Positions 1 to 7,715 of a stretch of 64,000 nucleotides of DNA are shown one piece after another (position 1 is the stretch's first letter; every line of letters starts with the position of its first letter). Origin of the DNA: a virus; IMG/VR virus record IMGVR_UViG_3300046779_002131, positions 1 to 64,000 of that record, one strand, 5' to 3'. The notes beneath the pieces were generated by a model. The model was not told where the DNA came from and did not search any database. It saw nothing but the letters and a program-made list of their open reading frames with translations. A program made the translations under genes and the position numbers.

Positions 1-3
1 GCT

Positions 4-32
4 ATTATTACACACAAATTTTATTGTGTCAA
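4..32 (-). promoter_or_regulatory. putative sigma70-type promoter firing leftwards out of the window
   Basis: Minus strand TTGACA-N17-AATAAT. Confidence 0.5.
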
Positions 33-40
33 CTATTTTT

Positions 41-116
41 TGGTGGAGAAGAACGGGTTCGAACCGATGACCTTCTGCTTGCAAAGCAGTTGCTCTCCCA
101 ACTGAGCTACATCCCC
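41..116 (-). tRNA. tRNA-Ala(UGC)
   Basis: 76 nt cloverleaf GGGGATGTAGCTCAGTTGGGAGAGC...TTTGCAA...GGTTCGAACC...CCACCA; G3:U70 Ala identity pair; encoded CCA. Confidence 0.95.
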
Positions 117-146
117 TGTGTCTGGTGTTACTAATTTATTATAAAT

Positions 147-230
147 TGGTGGGCAGGGAGAGACTCGAACTCTCACACCTTTCGGCATCGGCTTCTAAGA
201 CCGACATGGCTACCATTACATCACCTGCCC
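147..230 (-). tRNA. tRNA-Leu(UAG)
   Basis: 84 nt; acceptor GGGCAGG/CCTGCCC, anticodon loop CTTAGAA, long variable arm, T-loop GTTCGAG, encoded CCA. Confidence 0.93.
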
Positions 231-667
231 AATTTTTCTTTCCATTTATCTTTTATTGCTTTTGCAATTTTTGCTTTATGTTCTTCTGACTTGGCTTTGC
301 CTGTATTAGCCTTTCCACCGGCGCTTTTATTACCTTTACCTTGCATTCGGCGAGCTTCATCAATTCCGTATTTTTTTACAGTTTTGTCCCAGACAGTTGT
401 GCCATAATATTTTTCTCTGTCAACAGCATTTTCACTAGGAGTCCCCCAGTACAAATGATTAGGATTGCTACATTGTCCATTATTACAGGCATGACAAACA
501 TGTATTTTTTTACCTGAAGGTATTGTGGTTTCAAGTATATGAGCTAACAATCCTTTGAGATACATGCTTTGACCGCCTCTTTCAATGCACGGTTCATCGA
601 GTTTTAAGTGGGATTGTCTGTTTACTTGTGGTAGTAAAATATATTCATAAATGTTCTTCATGTACAT
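221..667 (-). CDS. HNH homing endonuclease with C-terminal NUMOD3-like basic DNA-binding motif
   Basis: HVCHACNNGQCSNPNHLYWGTPSEN HNH motif; KSEEHKAKIAK tail. Start moved to ATG at 667, just after CATAAATA, because the longer ORF runs through structured non-coding sequence. Confidence 0.8.
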   Translation of the reverse strand: MYMKNIYEYILLPQVNRQSHLKLDEPCIERGGQSMYLKGLLAHILETTIPSGKKIHVCHACNNGQCSNPNHLYWGTPSENAVDREKYYGTTVWDKTVKKYGIDEARRMQGKGNKSAGGKANTGKAKSEEHKAKIAKAIKDKWKEKLGR

Positions 668-788
668 ATTTATGGTAGACACGCTGTTTTGTTTACCATT
701 TCGCCATATTGAAACACACTCGTACCCACCAGAGAATCTTATTCTTACCCAGCAGAGAATGTGCTTTAATATGGTCCCAATATCAAGC

Positions 789-817
789 ATTATAAACAAA
801 TACCCAATATTGGTCAA
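789..817 (-). promoter_or_regulatory. sigma70-type promoter upstream of HNH/tRNA genes
   Basis: TTGACC-N17-TATAAT. Confidence 0.7.
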
Positions 818-823
818 CCATAT

Positions 824-941
824 GTTGGGGTCGACACCCCAACCAGGAGTCTTACCGTCTGCGTTGCCTCCACAGACTTCATGTATCCTGTCCGCCCGTT
901 CGCAGCATGTTTAGAGTGCGCTGCCAGGTCCTCGTTACCTG
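824..941 (-). ncRNA. candidate structured non-coding RNA (unknown class)
   Basis: Helices CAGGT/ACCTG, GCAGCG/TGCTGC, CAGGA/TCCTG enclosing GTCTGT/GCAGAC, and GTTGGGG/CCCCAAC; G-U pairs favour the minus strand; GC-rich relative to flanks. Confidence 0.5.
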
Positions 942-954
942 CACACTGTGCATT

Positions 955-1089
955 TTACACTCTTTTCAAGAGTTTAAATTGCCTCATTTGTTCGATTTGA
1001 TGTTGCGCTCGTTTTAACTTTTCCTCAATTAACTTTTGTAACTGCTCTGGAGTCAAAACAAACGTTTCATCGCTAGTTTTGGCTTTCAA
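955..1089 (-). CDS. small hypothetical protein, 44 aa (MKAKTSDETFVLTPEQLQKLIEEKLKRAQHQIEQMRQFKLLKRV)
   Basis: TTG start preceded by SD-like AGAGGT; helical/coiled-coil-like composition; below the ORF-track size cutoff. Confidence 0.55.
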   Translation of the reverse strand: MKAKTSDETFVLTPEQLQKLIEEKLKRAQHQIEQMRQFKLLKRV

Positions 1090-1101
1090 TTTTTTACCTC
1101 T

Positions 1102-1140
1102 AAAAACGAAACACCCTGGAGTTTCTAGTTCCAGGGTGCC
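1102..1140 (-). terminator. intrinsic terminator (possible attenuator)
   Basis: Stem GCACCCTGGA/TCCAGGGTGT with 9-nt loop, followed by TTCGTTTTT. Confidence 0.75.
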
Positions 1141-1166
1141 TTGAATATATATCTACGTGCTAGACG

Positions 1167-1289
1167 TTATTCTTGACACCCCCGACAATCCTCGCGACTA
1201 TTAATTGTCTGGGCTGATTGCCAAAAGAGTGGCATCCCCTGATAATTAGGCTTGGTCGCTGCACAAATTGTGGAATGTATGTGTTTCAT
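1167..1289 (-). CDS. putative 40-aa leader peptide MKHIHSTICAATKPNYQGMPLFWQSAQTINSREDCRGCQE
   Basis: Open frame ATG(1289) to TAA(1167) downstream of a CATAAATA motif; last codons overlap the 5' arm of an antiterminator helix. Confidence 0.5.
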   Translation of the reverse strand: MKHIHSTICAATKPNYQGMPLFWQSAQTINSREDCRGCQE

Positions 1290-1365
1290 AGTTTGTCAAT
1301 TATAAGTTTATTTATGATTGCGGTCAAGTGATTTTTAAAAATTTTGGTGAAATTAGTCAAAAAGT

Positions 1366-1968
1366 TTACATCACCGGACCGTTACCATTTTTAAAGCCCA
1401 CCGATCCACCTTCTGCTGCTATACGTTTGATTACATCTTCAAACAAGATAGGAGCAAAGTCTGTCTGCTCTACACATACGCAATGATAACGAGTATCAAT
1501 CTCGTCACTGTATAATGTAGCACCTGTTTGGGCATCAACTCCACGAGCCTTCTTTACACGGCTGGCGTGCAAGTGTCCGTGTATGTTAGTACCAAATCTG
1601 CCTAAACTTGCTTCATGTACAGGAATATGACTTAGTATCATTCCATTCATGACATGATATGCACGTAGTTCGCGGAAGTACTGGTTATATTCTGTATCAC
1701 GGAAGATGTCGTGGTTACCACGTATAAGCACCTTGTCACCGTTTAAACGAGCCAACGTGTTCATTGCACGACGGTTAATAACTACATCACCTAGGTGGTA
1801 AACTTTATCGTTAGGACGAACTCGTTCGTTCCAAGCTTTGATCATGAACTCATCCATCTCCTCGGGATCGTCCCATGGGCGTAATTTAGTAACACCATCT
1901 TCACGCATGAAGCGGCAAACGCCGGCATGTCCAAAATGCGTGTCGCTTACTAGAAATACTGCTGGCAT
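1366..1968 (-). CDS. calcineurin-like metallophosphoesterase
   Basis: SDTHFGH, HLGDV, RGNHD and HGHLH motifs; SD AAGGAG. Confidence 0.9.
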   Translation of the reverse strand: MPAVFLVSDTHFGHAGVCRFMREDGVTKLRPWDDPEEMDEFMIKAWNERVRPNDKVYHLGDVVINRRAMNTLARLNGDKVLIRGNHDIFRDTEYNQYFRELRAYHVMNGMILSHIPVHEASLGRFGTNIHGHLHASRVKKARGVDAQTGATLYSDEIDTRYHCVCVEQTDFAPILFEDVIKRIAAEGGSVGFKNGNGPVM

Positions 1969-1996
1969 AGTCGCTCCTTTCCTTGGTTAATTGAGA

Positions 1997-2155
1997 TTAT
2001 TTTGCAGTCATAATTTTAGGGTCGGCTTGATTTTTGACTTTTTCAACCACACCACCTGCAGCAAGAAACGCTGCCACCGCTTGTTCTGTTGTTAATTCTG
2101 ATTGCTGAAATTGCGCTTTGACATTGCTTTGTTTGGTAAATTTTGGTTTAAACAT
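1997..2155 (-). CDS. small hypothetical protein, 52 aa (MFKPKFTKQ...FLAAGGVVEKVK...)
   Basis: Open frame with SD AAAGGA, directly downstream of a sigma70 promoter. Confidence 0.6.
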   Translation of the reverse strand: MFKPKFTKQSNVKAQFQQSELTTEQAVAAFLAAGGVVEKVKNQADPKIMTAK

Positions 2156-2183
2156 AATATCCTTTTGTTATTTACTATATAGC

Positions 2184-2212
2184 ATTATACTAAAATGCCA
2201 CTTTTTGGTCAA
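2184..2212 (-). promoter_or_regulatory. sigma70-type early promoter
   Basis: TTGACC-N17-TATAAT. Confidence 0.75.
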
Positions 2213-2238
2213 CCAGTGTTGAGTCGCTAAAATAACAA

Positions 2239-2442
2239 CTAAATTCTCCGCTTTTTCCAATCATAGCCCGGGCCAGTTTCTGTTACACCAAAGTCTCCCA
2301 CCATGTCAGCCTGTTCGCTGCACATTGTTACATACTTTGCATTATTTCTTCTCAACCACTGACAATAATTGAGAGCTTCAGTCATGTCCTCAAATTCCTT
2401 ACCGTAATTGCTGCCACTCATTGTCCAATATACTTTAAACAT
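2239..2442 (-). CDS. hypothetical protein
   Basis: ORF downstream of promoter; fits gene packing. Confidence 0.65.
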   Translation of the reverse strand: MFKVYWTMSGSNYGKEFEDMTEALNYCQWLRRNNAKYVTMCSEQADMVGDFGVTETGPGYDWKKRRI

Positions 2443-2468
2443 GGTTCATTTTTCTTTATTAAAATACA

Positions 2469-2497
2469 ATTATAGCAATTTTACAATTAATGGTCAA
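2469..2497 (-). promoter_or_regulatory. sigma70-type early promoter
   Basis: TTGACC-N17-TATAAT with TG extended -10. Confidence 0.75.
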
Positions 2498-2853
2498 CGA
2501 GCAAGACTTTGTATGTATTTTGCTAAGTCTCCGTAAAGACCAGCCATCATTGCGTCGCGACTGCCAAAGAAACTGATGGTCTTTTTGGGATTGAGGTAAT
2601 ACGGTGTTTGTACACCACGGTCCAATCGCAGCAGCATCATTTTGGTAAATGGTTGATTGGATGGCACGTTGTAGGTGTAGTGTTCAAGTTCGGCTAACCG
2701 AGCAAACACAAAGAAACCTTGATCGGTTAATCTAAGTCCACCATTGCGTCGAAGATTTTGCCACCAAATTTTCAGTGCATCATCAATTTCAATTTGATGT
2801 TCCGGGGGAATTACTGCCAGTACTCGTTGGGTAAATTCAACTTTGAGATTCAT
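2494..2853 (-). CDS. hypothetical protein
   Basis: ORF overlapping the end of the upstream gene. Confidence 0.7.
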   Translation of the reverse strand: MNLKVEFTQRVLAVIPPEHQIEIDDALKIWWQNLRRNGGLRLTDQGFFVFARLAELEHYTYNVPSNQPFTKMMLLRLDRGVQTPYYLNPKKTISFFGSRDAMMAGLYGDLAKYIQSLAR

Positions 2854-3151
2854 TGGGGAATATCCTTTCCCCGGCAGTGAGCAGCACTACGCTGAACTTG
2901 TCAGTCTTGAACTGATTGTTGAGTTTGCGAGCCAAATTAATGGCATGTCCCGGATTACTAAAACTTACCTTTTTATACTTAGGTCCCGGAAACTGCTGCA
3001 ACATATTTGAGGTTTTGAGATTAATCGGAGCATTGTCAAAAAACACTGCCCATATTCCTTCAGAGGCCAACACCTGCTCAGTCTTGTAAGTGGTCTTGTT
3101 GGTAAGTTCAACTAATACTTTAGGTTTGGGTCTAGACAACGGATTCTCCAA
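2837..3151 (-). CDS. hypothetical phage protein
   Basis: ORF after TAAATA motif; true start may be TTG near 3139 (SRPKP). Confidence 0.7.
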   Translation of the reverse strand: MENPLSRPKPKVLVELTNKTTYKTEQVLASEGIWAVFFDNAPINLKTSNMLQQFPGPKYKKVSFSNPGHAINLARKLNNQFKTDKFSVVLLTAGERIFPNESQS

Positions 3152-3189
3152 TAATATAACACTATTATTTAGTCCGTTATATTAGCGGT

Positions 3190-3390
3190 TTAAAACGATC
3201 CACCTGTAACTTCAATTTGTACAACTTCTTCTTTGGAACTTTGTTCATGTAATGCATGAAGTTGCAACAGTAACTTGGTAATGTCAGCATGCAAGTCCTT
3301 GGCATCCTGCATGGGCATAGTAAACTCTCGGGTACCACGCATTTCCAGAGCCTTGAGACGATCTACAAATCGATTGATATGCAAACTCAT
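3190..3390 (-). CDS. hypothetical protein (MSLHINRF...)
   Basis: ATGA overlap with the upstream stop defines the start. Confidence 0.65.
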   Translation of the reverse strand: MSLHINRFVDRLKALEMRGTREFTMPMQDAKDLHADITKLLLQLHALHEQSSKEEVVQIEVTGGSF

Positions 3391-3821
3391 TTGACTTCTT
3401 CTTGAGTGTGAAAAGGTCCGGTGTAAGGATAACGCTGTAAAGTGATAAGTTTTGGATTTTGAACCACTTGCCACTGTTTGTTTAACTGCACATTGTACCA
3501 TCCCGCGGCATACCAAGATTTGGATTTACGAGTTTTTGTAAACAGTGGTAGTTGCCTACGAACTTCGTAAATTCCATTGTAGGCTCGACAACCAGTTTGA
3601 AATCCATATACTTCGTCTTGGGCAGGCTTTGCTGTTTTCACAGCCGGCTCAAAATCCACACCCACACGCTGTTTTATCATGCGCATGGATTTGAAATTTT
3701 GAACTTGATTTTTTATTTGAACTTGAAATCCACCATTGGTGGCCTGGATGTTTCCAACCTTTTCATCGTTTTGTCGAAGTATCCAATATTGATTAGGTAC
3801 TACGGCTTTGGCTATTATCAT
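3387..3821 (-). CDS. hypothetical protein (MIIAKAVV...)
   Basis: SD AAGGAG before ATG at 3821. Confidence 0.7.
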   Translation of the reverse strand: MIIAKAVVPNQYWILRQNDEKVGNIQATNGGFQVQIKNQVQNFKSMRMIKQRVGVDFEPAVKTAKPAQDEVYGFQTGCRAYNGIYEVRRQLPLFTKTRKSKSWYAAGWYNVQLNKQWQVVQNPKLITLQRYPYTGPFHTQEEVK

Positions 3822-4815
3822 TGAGTGCTCCTTGATATGTTGCGTTGAGCCATTGAGCATATTGCTCAGCTGACTCAGAAACTTTTTGCAAGTCATAACG
3901 ACCGCAGAATTTCATAAATCTTACACCAACTTGACCAATGTCCTTGTGTGACACTTGCTCGGCAATGGCCTGATCAACTTTGGATTTGATATCTGCTGGT
4001 TGTGCTCGTAAGTCCACAAGAGTGACATTTCTGTTGTAGTCATCAAGCACACGATGTTCAACGCCGTTGTGGTCAGTCCATTTTTGCAGCATCAAATTGT
4101 TCCAGTTATAGCCTTTGGTTCCTCGATCCTGGTATGCTTCTTGTAAGCCAGTTTTGTTTTTTGTGCCTTTGGTTCTAACCCCTGGATAAGCTGAAAATAT
4201 GTTGTCGCTGGTATCTCCACGCATACATTTTTCAAACAGTAACCACGCTGGGTCTGGTGTTGTCTTGGGCTCTTTGGTTTTCTTGTCAAGAACCTCTTTG
4301 CCTTTGTCGTCAAACACACCTTGGATTGTGAGAAGCTCGCTAGTGATGCCATTGTACTGATGTACGTTGGGAGCTAGAAGCTGCACAAAATCAGTATCTG
4401 AACTAACAATATAATGAGTATCTTGGGGATGCAAGTCGATCCAGCGAGCAATGACGTCGTCAGCTTCGGCTTCTGGATGTCTTATTACCGAGCAGTTTGT
4501 TTGCTCACTAAGGTATTTAGTAAAGAAATCATAGGTTTCCCAAAACATCCGATCTTCTTCTTGCTCTTTTTCTGTGAGAGCAGCTCGAGCTTCGGCTCGA
4601 TTTGCTTTGTAGGGCTTGTAAAAGTCCTTGCGCCAACTACGTCCTTCCAGCGCAAAAATTACGTGATCTGCTTGGAATTTCTTTGCAACTTTGTTAATTG
4701 CTGAAAATGTAATATGTAGAGCATACCCAACTTTTTCCTCGGCGGTACTGGCTCGATGAGTTACGTGGCGAGCACGGAAAAACATATTAGCAGTGTCAAT
4801 AAGAATATAGCGCAT
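3793..4815 (-). CDS. rnh: T4 RNase H-like 5'-3' exonuclease/flap endonuclease
   Basis: LIDTAN, WRKDFYKPYKANR, EADDVI, SSDTDF and GDTSDNI acidic motifs of the FEN/5'-3' exonuclease family. Confidence 0.88.
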   Translation of the reverse strand: MRYILIDTANMFFRARHVTHRASTAEEKVGYALHITFSAINKVAKKFQADHVIFALEGRSWRKDFYKPYKANRAEARAALTEKEQEEDRMFWETYDFFTKYLSEQTNCSVIRHPEAEADDVIARWIDLHPQDTHYIVSSDTDFVQLLAPNVHQYNGITSELLTIQGVFDDKGKEVLDKKTKEPKTTPDPAWLLFEKCMRGDTSDNIFSAYPGVRTKGTKNKTGLQEAYQDRGTKGYNWNNLMLQKWTDHNGVEHRVLDDYNRNVTLVDLRAQPADIKSKVDQAIAEQVSHKDIGQVGVRFMKFCGRYDLQKVSESAEQYAQWLNATYQGALNDNSQSRST

Positions 4816-4816
4816 A

Positions 4817-5524
4817 TTATGGTACCAGATTGTTAGTGTGAGCGTATTCTAGCATAAATTGCGCCCAAAAGCGATGGGCATCTTCACCAAAATGCCAACT
4901 GTTGGGATTTACTGTTTTGAACCCATGTGAGCGCAGAAGTGCATCATAAGTTTGGTTAGAATCATAGGGGTTAATAAAATTGCAACCCCAATCCCGACGA
5001 TCTAGCACAGACTCAAAATGGTTGTTGCCATTGAAAAATAGATGCGGTATTTCGCGCTGTTTTAGATCTTGGTGTAATTGCCAAATTTCACGATGCCAGT
5101 GTTCGGTTCGAGCAACCCAATCAATCCCGGCGACAAATGCTTTGTATTGTTCCTGTAATTCTTCGGGTACAGAGTCAGTCCCCGATGCTCCAACTTGGTA
5201 CCATTGATCGTTGAAATTCCATTCTTCACGTTCCCAGGTACTCCATTGTATCACTACCAACACACGATCTCGAGAATCATAACATTGATCCATCCAGAAT
5301 CGTGTTGTACGCATGATTCTATCATTACTGGCACCTGATTGAGCATCACAATCTAATATAGCATTGAGATAGTTGGCCAATTCACAGCCAAAACTTGCAC
5401 GTTCGTTGTCGGGGTGAGGACGCTTACCTAGACCATAAAAGAAAGGATCATCTTCGGCCCACCCATAAGGCACTGCTGCTTCGGCTGCGGCAGCATGACT
5501 ATCACCGTTTACATAGATTAGCAT
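4817..5524 (-). CDS. SGNH/GDSL-like hydrolase-fold protein
   Basis: N-terminal YVNGDSH, GASNDRI, and a C-terminal His (WHFGEDAH). Confidence 0.55.
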   Translation of the reverse strand: MLIYVNGDSHAAAAEAAVPYGWAEDDPFFYGLGKRPHPDNERASFGCELANYLNAILDCDAQSGASNDRIMRTTRFWMDQCYDSRDRVLVVIQWSTWEREEWNFNDQWYQVGASGTDSVPEELQEQYKAFVAGIDWVARTEHWHREIWQLHQDLKQREIPHLFFNGNNHFESVLDRRDWGCNFINPYDSNQTYDALLRSHGFKTVNPNSWHFGEDAHRFWAQFMLEYAHTNNLVP

Positions 5525-5721
5525 TAGTCTTCAACCTCACTGTGACCTACTAGGTCACAGAGAATTTGTTTGACAAATTCTGGTCCCATGCCTTCGCTGC
5601 TGCATTTAAGTTTACCATCAATTTCGTAGAAAGAAATTTGACCGAATCCAATATTTTTACGAGTCCAATATATGGTAAAGCCATTTGCAATGTCAACTGA
5701 ATCTTCAAGATCTTTAAACAT
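5524..5721 (-). CDS. hypothetical protein
   Basis: ORF tightly packed between neighbours. Confidence 0.6.
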   Translation of the reverse strand: MFKDLEDSVDIANGFTIYWTRKNIGFGQISFYEIDGKLKCSSEGMGPEFVKQILCDLVGHSEVED

Positions 5722-5722
5722 A

Positions 5723-6370
5723 TTATTTTAGTAATTTGTATTTTTCGATGTGAGCAATAAGCAAATTTGCCCAAAGTTTATGTGCATCTGCACCAAGGTG
5801 AAGATCATCTTCTCTAAAGGGTTTACATCCTTGAGACGTAGCATAGTGCCAATAACTCCAATCACTGTCGTAAGGGTGGAAAAAACAGTTGTTCCAGTCA
5901 CGATGTCCACTCTTGTCTACAAAGAAATCATAGAAGCAGTTGAAAAACAAATGTGGTATTTGACGGTCTTGTAATTTTTTATGAAACTGCCAGATGTTTT
6001 CGTGCCAGGTCCGACCCAGTGTTGGAATATCATTGGCATCAAGGCCATTGACCCAAGTCTTGTAACGTTGGTCTAGATCTGCATCACCAAAAGTGTCAGC
6101 ACTGCTATTGGCCTGAAAAAAATCACCACGATAGGGCCACTCTTCTCGTTCCCAACTAGTCCAGCCAATCAGTACGAAATACTTTGCTTGTGAAGTACGA
6201 ATCCAATCTTGAGTAATTCGAATAGCACGTTGATTGCTGCCACCGGGAAGGCTTTGGTTTACTAATTGTAAATCAAAATGTTTTGCAATTAAATTAGCAA
6301 AACTCATAGAGTCAGATGGCAAAGACACACCGGCACTGTGACTGTCGCCGTTAACGTAGATATATGTCAT
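5723..6370 (-). CDS. SGNH/GDSL-like hydrolase-fold protein, paralog of 4817..5524
   Basis: YVNGDSH, GGSNQR, WEREEW and DLHLGADAH; start at MTYIY. Confidence 0.55.
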   Translation of the reverse strand: MTYIYVNGDSHSAGVSLPSDSMSFANLIAKHFDLQLVNQSLPGGSNQRAIRITQDWIRTSQAKYFVLIGWTSWEREEWPYRGDFFQANSSADTFGDADLDQRYKTWVNGLDANDIPTLGRTWHENIWQFHKKLQDRQIPHLFFNCFYDFFVDKSGHRDWNNCFFHPYDSDWSYWHYATSQGCKPFREDDLHLGADAHKLWANLLIAHIEKYKLLK

Positions 6371-6566
6371 TTGAAATTTCAGCTTGTGGGAATGCCAATC
6401 TATACCAGGTGGCAATTTTATCGTTTCTTATGACAATAGAAAGTTTGTTCTGACCGTTCGTAAACACAAAGTCCCAGTCCGATCCTCGATCGTTAAGATT
6501 GGCACGTAACCACCGAACATGATCAACTGCTTCTCGATACGTTTTAAATTTGATGTCAGCTCTCAT
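6351..6566 (-). CDS. hypothetical protein
   Basis: ORF fits gene packing. Confidence 0.6.
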   Translation of the reverse strand: MRADIKFKTYREAVDHVRWLRANLNDRGSDWDFVFTNGQNKLSIVIRNDKIATWYRLAFPQAEISNDIYLR

Positions 6567-6864
6567 TGATTATATGTGAATATTTCAACAAAAACATTGT
6601 ACGCATTGGTTCGCTAAAGAAATCAAGCATGATATAGGTTCTGCTGTAGCCACCTCGATCCAGGTCAATTGTTGTCAGCAGTGTAGAATCCTTGTCAGAA
6701 TCGCTGCTGTATTCAATCCATTGTCGATGTTCTCTCACAGTAAATCCCAATACGTCTTTCATCTTGCTTCTGATCAGCATCACACTTGGTGTGTGTTGAT
6801 ACTCTTTGGCCAATATAGTTTTGAGTTCGTGCCACTGCGACCTAGAAAGACATATTGGTTTCAT
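6556..6864 (-). CDS. hypothetical protein (MKPICLSR...)
   Basis: Start 2 nt after the upstream stop; ends MFLLKYS like other small paralogs. Confidence 0.6.
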   Translation of the reverse strand: MKPICLSRSQWHELKTILAKEYQHTPSVMLIRSKMKDVLGFTVREHRQWIEYSSDSDKDSTLLTTIDLDRGGYSRTYIMLDFFSEPMRTMFLLKYSHIINES

Positions 6865-6866
6865 GA

Positions 6867-7280
6867 TTAGCTGACCTCTTGTAACCCGCCACCGATGTTT
6901 TTGCTGCGAACATAGCGTTGCGGATTCATTGCTTGTTCTTGCTCGTATGTTTCCATGACAACATGCCTGCAGACATTTTGAAACCAACGATCTACAATTT
7001 CAGCATCGGTATCTTCGCGTTTTATCATATATCCTGCACGTATCAAATTTGATACAAAACGTTCATTCCAATCTAATTCAAAAACACCTTCATGAATGTT
7101 GTCAGGATCAACCTCTAGGCTGACAATAGCCACATATGGTTCACCGCGTTCGGTAGCAAGATCTTTGGCTGTTTTTTGTTTTTGAGAGGGTGAAGCCTTG
7201 GGTTTGATTTCTGCCACAGGCTGTGGTGTAGATTTTTCTGGTTGTTTTTTAAACCACTTGTCAAATAATTTCATCAACAA
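6867..7280 (-). CDS. hypothetical phage protein
   Basis: ORF fits packing; ATERGEPYV...FELDWN. Confidence 0.7.
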   Translation of the reverse strand: MLMKLFDKWFKKQPEKSTPQPVAEIKPKASPSQKQKTAKDLATERGEPYVAIVSLEVDPDNIHEGVFELDWNERFVSNLIRAGYMIKREDTDAEIVDRWFQNVCRHVVMETYEQEQAMNPQRYVRSKNIGGGLQEVS

Positions 7281-7561
7281 TATCCTCGCAATTTCATTAA
7301 AGTAAACTCTTTGGTATCAAACCAACGGTCTTCATAGGCAAAATCAGTATCCCCATTACGATAAATTCTTCGACTGCGAACTGCAATCTTAAACCAAATT
7401 GATCGTTTTGTATTGAAGCAGCGTCTTGGCCAAATGCTTCTACATAGTTGTATTTTAGCATGTTCTAAGAATGTTGGATTATTGGCTTCGTTGCCTAGCG
7501 GTAACCATAAAATGGGAGGCTCAATATTAGTTTCATAGATCATTGGTTTTACCCCATTCAA
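7274..7561 (-). CDS. hypothetical protein
   Basis: ORF; start uncertain (possibly MIYETN). Confidence 0.55.
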   Translation of the reverse strand: MNGVKPMIYETNIEPPILWLPLGNEANNPTFLEHAKIQLCRSIWPRRCFNTKRSIWFKIAVRSRRIYRNGDTDFAYEDRWFDTKEFTLMKLRGYC

Positions 7562-7715
7562 CTTTGAGCCATAGCCTTTCGTGAAGATAGTGCAATACTG
7601 TCAATACAATGTTGATGGCTATAGCCGACGATAAACCAGTCCATAATGCAGTAATTATTGTGGCAATGATTCGCCAACCCACTGCTCTTGCCAATGTTCT
7701 TTTTCTTAGTTCCAT
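7533..7715 (-). CDS. small membrane protein, DUF2061-like
   Basis: RTLARAVGWRIIAT...YLHERLW with two hydrophobic segments. Confidence 0.65.
   Translation of the reverse strand: MELRKRTLARAVGWRIIATIITALWTGLSSAIAINIVLTVLHYLHERLWLKVEWGKTNDL

Noticed and set aside
672-707. tRNA-like fragment (TGGCGAAATGGTAAAC resembles a Leu/Ser D-arm)
   Set aside because: No anticodon arm, T-arm or acceptor stem follows; at most a remnant, so not called a tRNA or split tRNA.
668-817. N-terminal 50-aa extension of the HNH ORF
   Set aside because: It overlaps a promoter and RNA hairpins; the ATG at 667 or 661 is more plausible.
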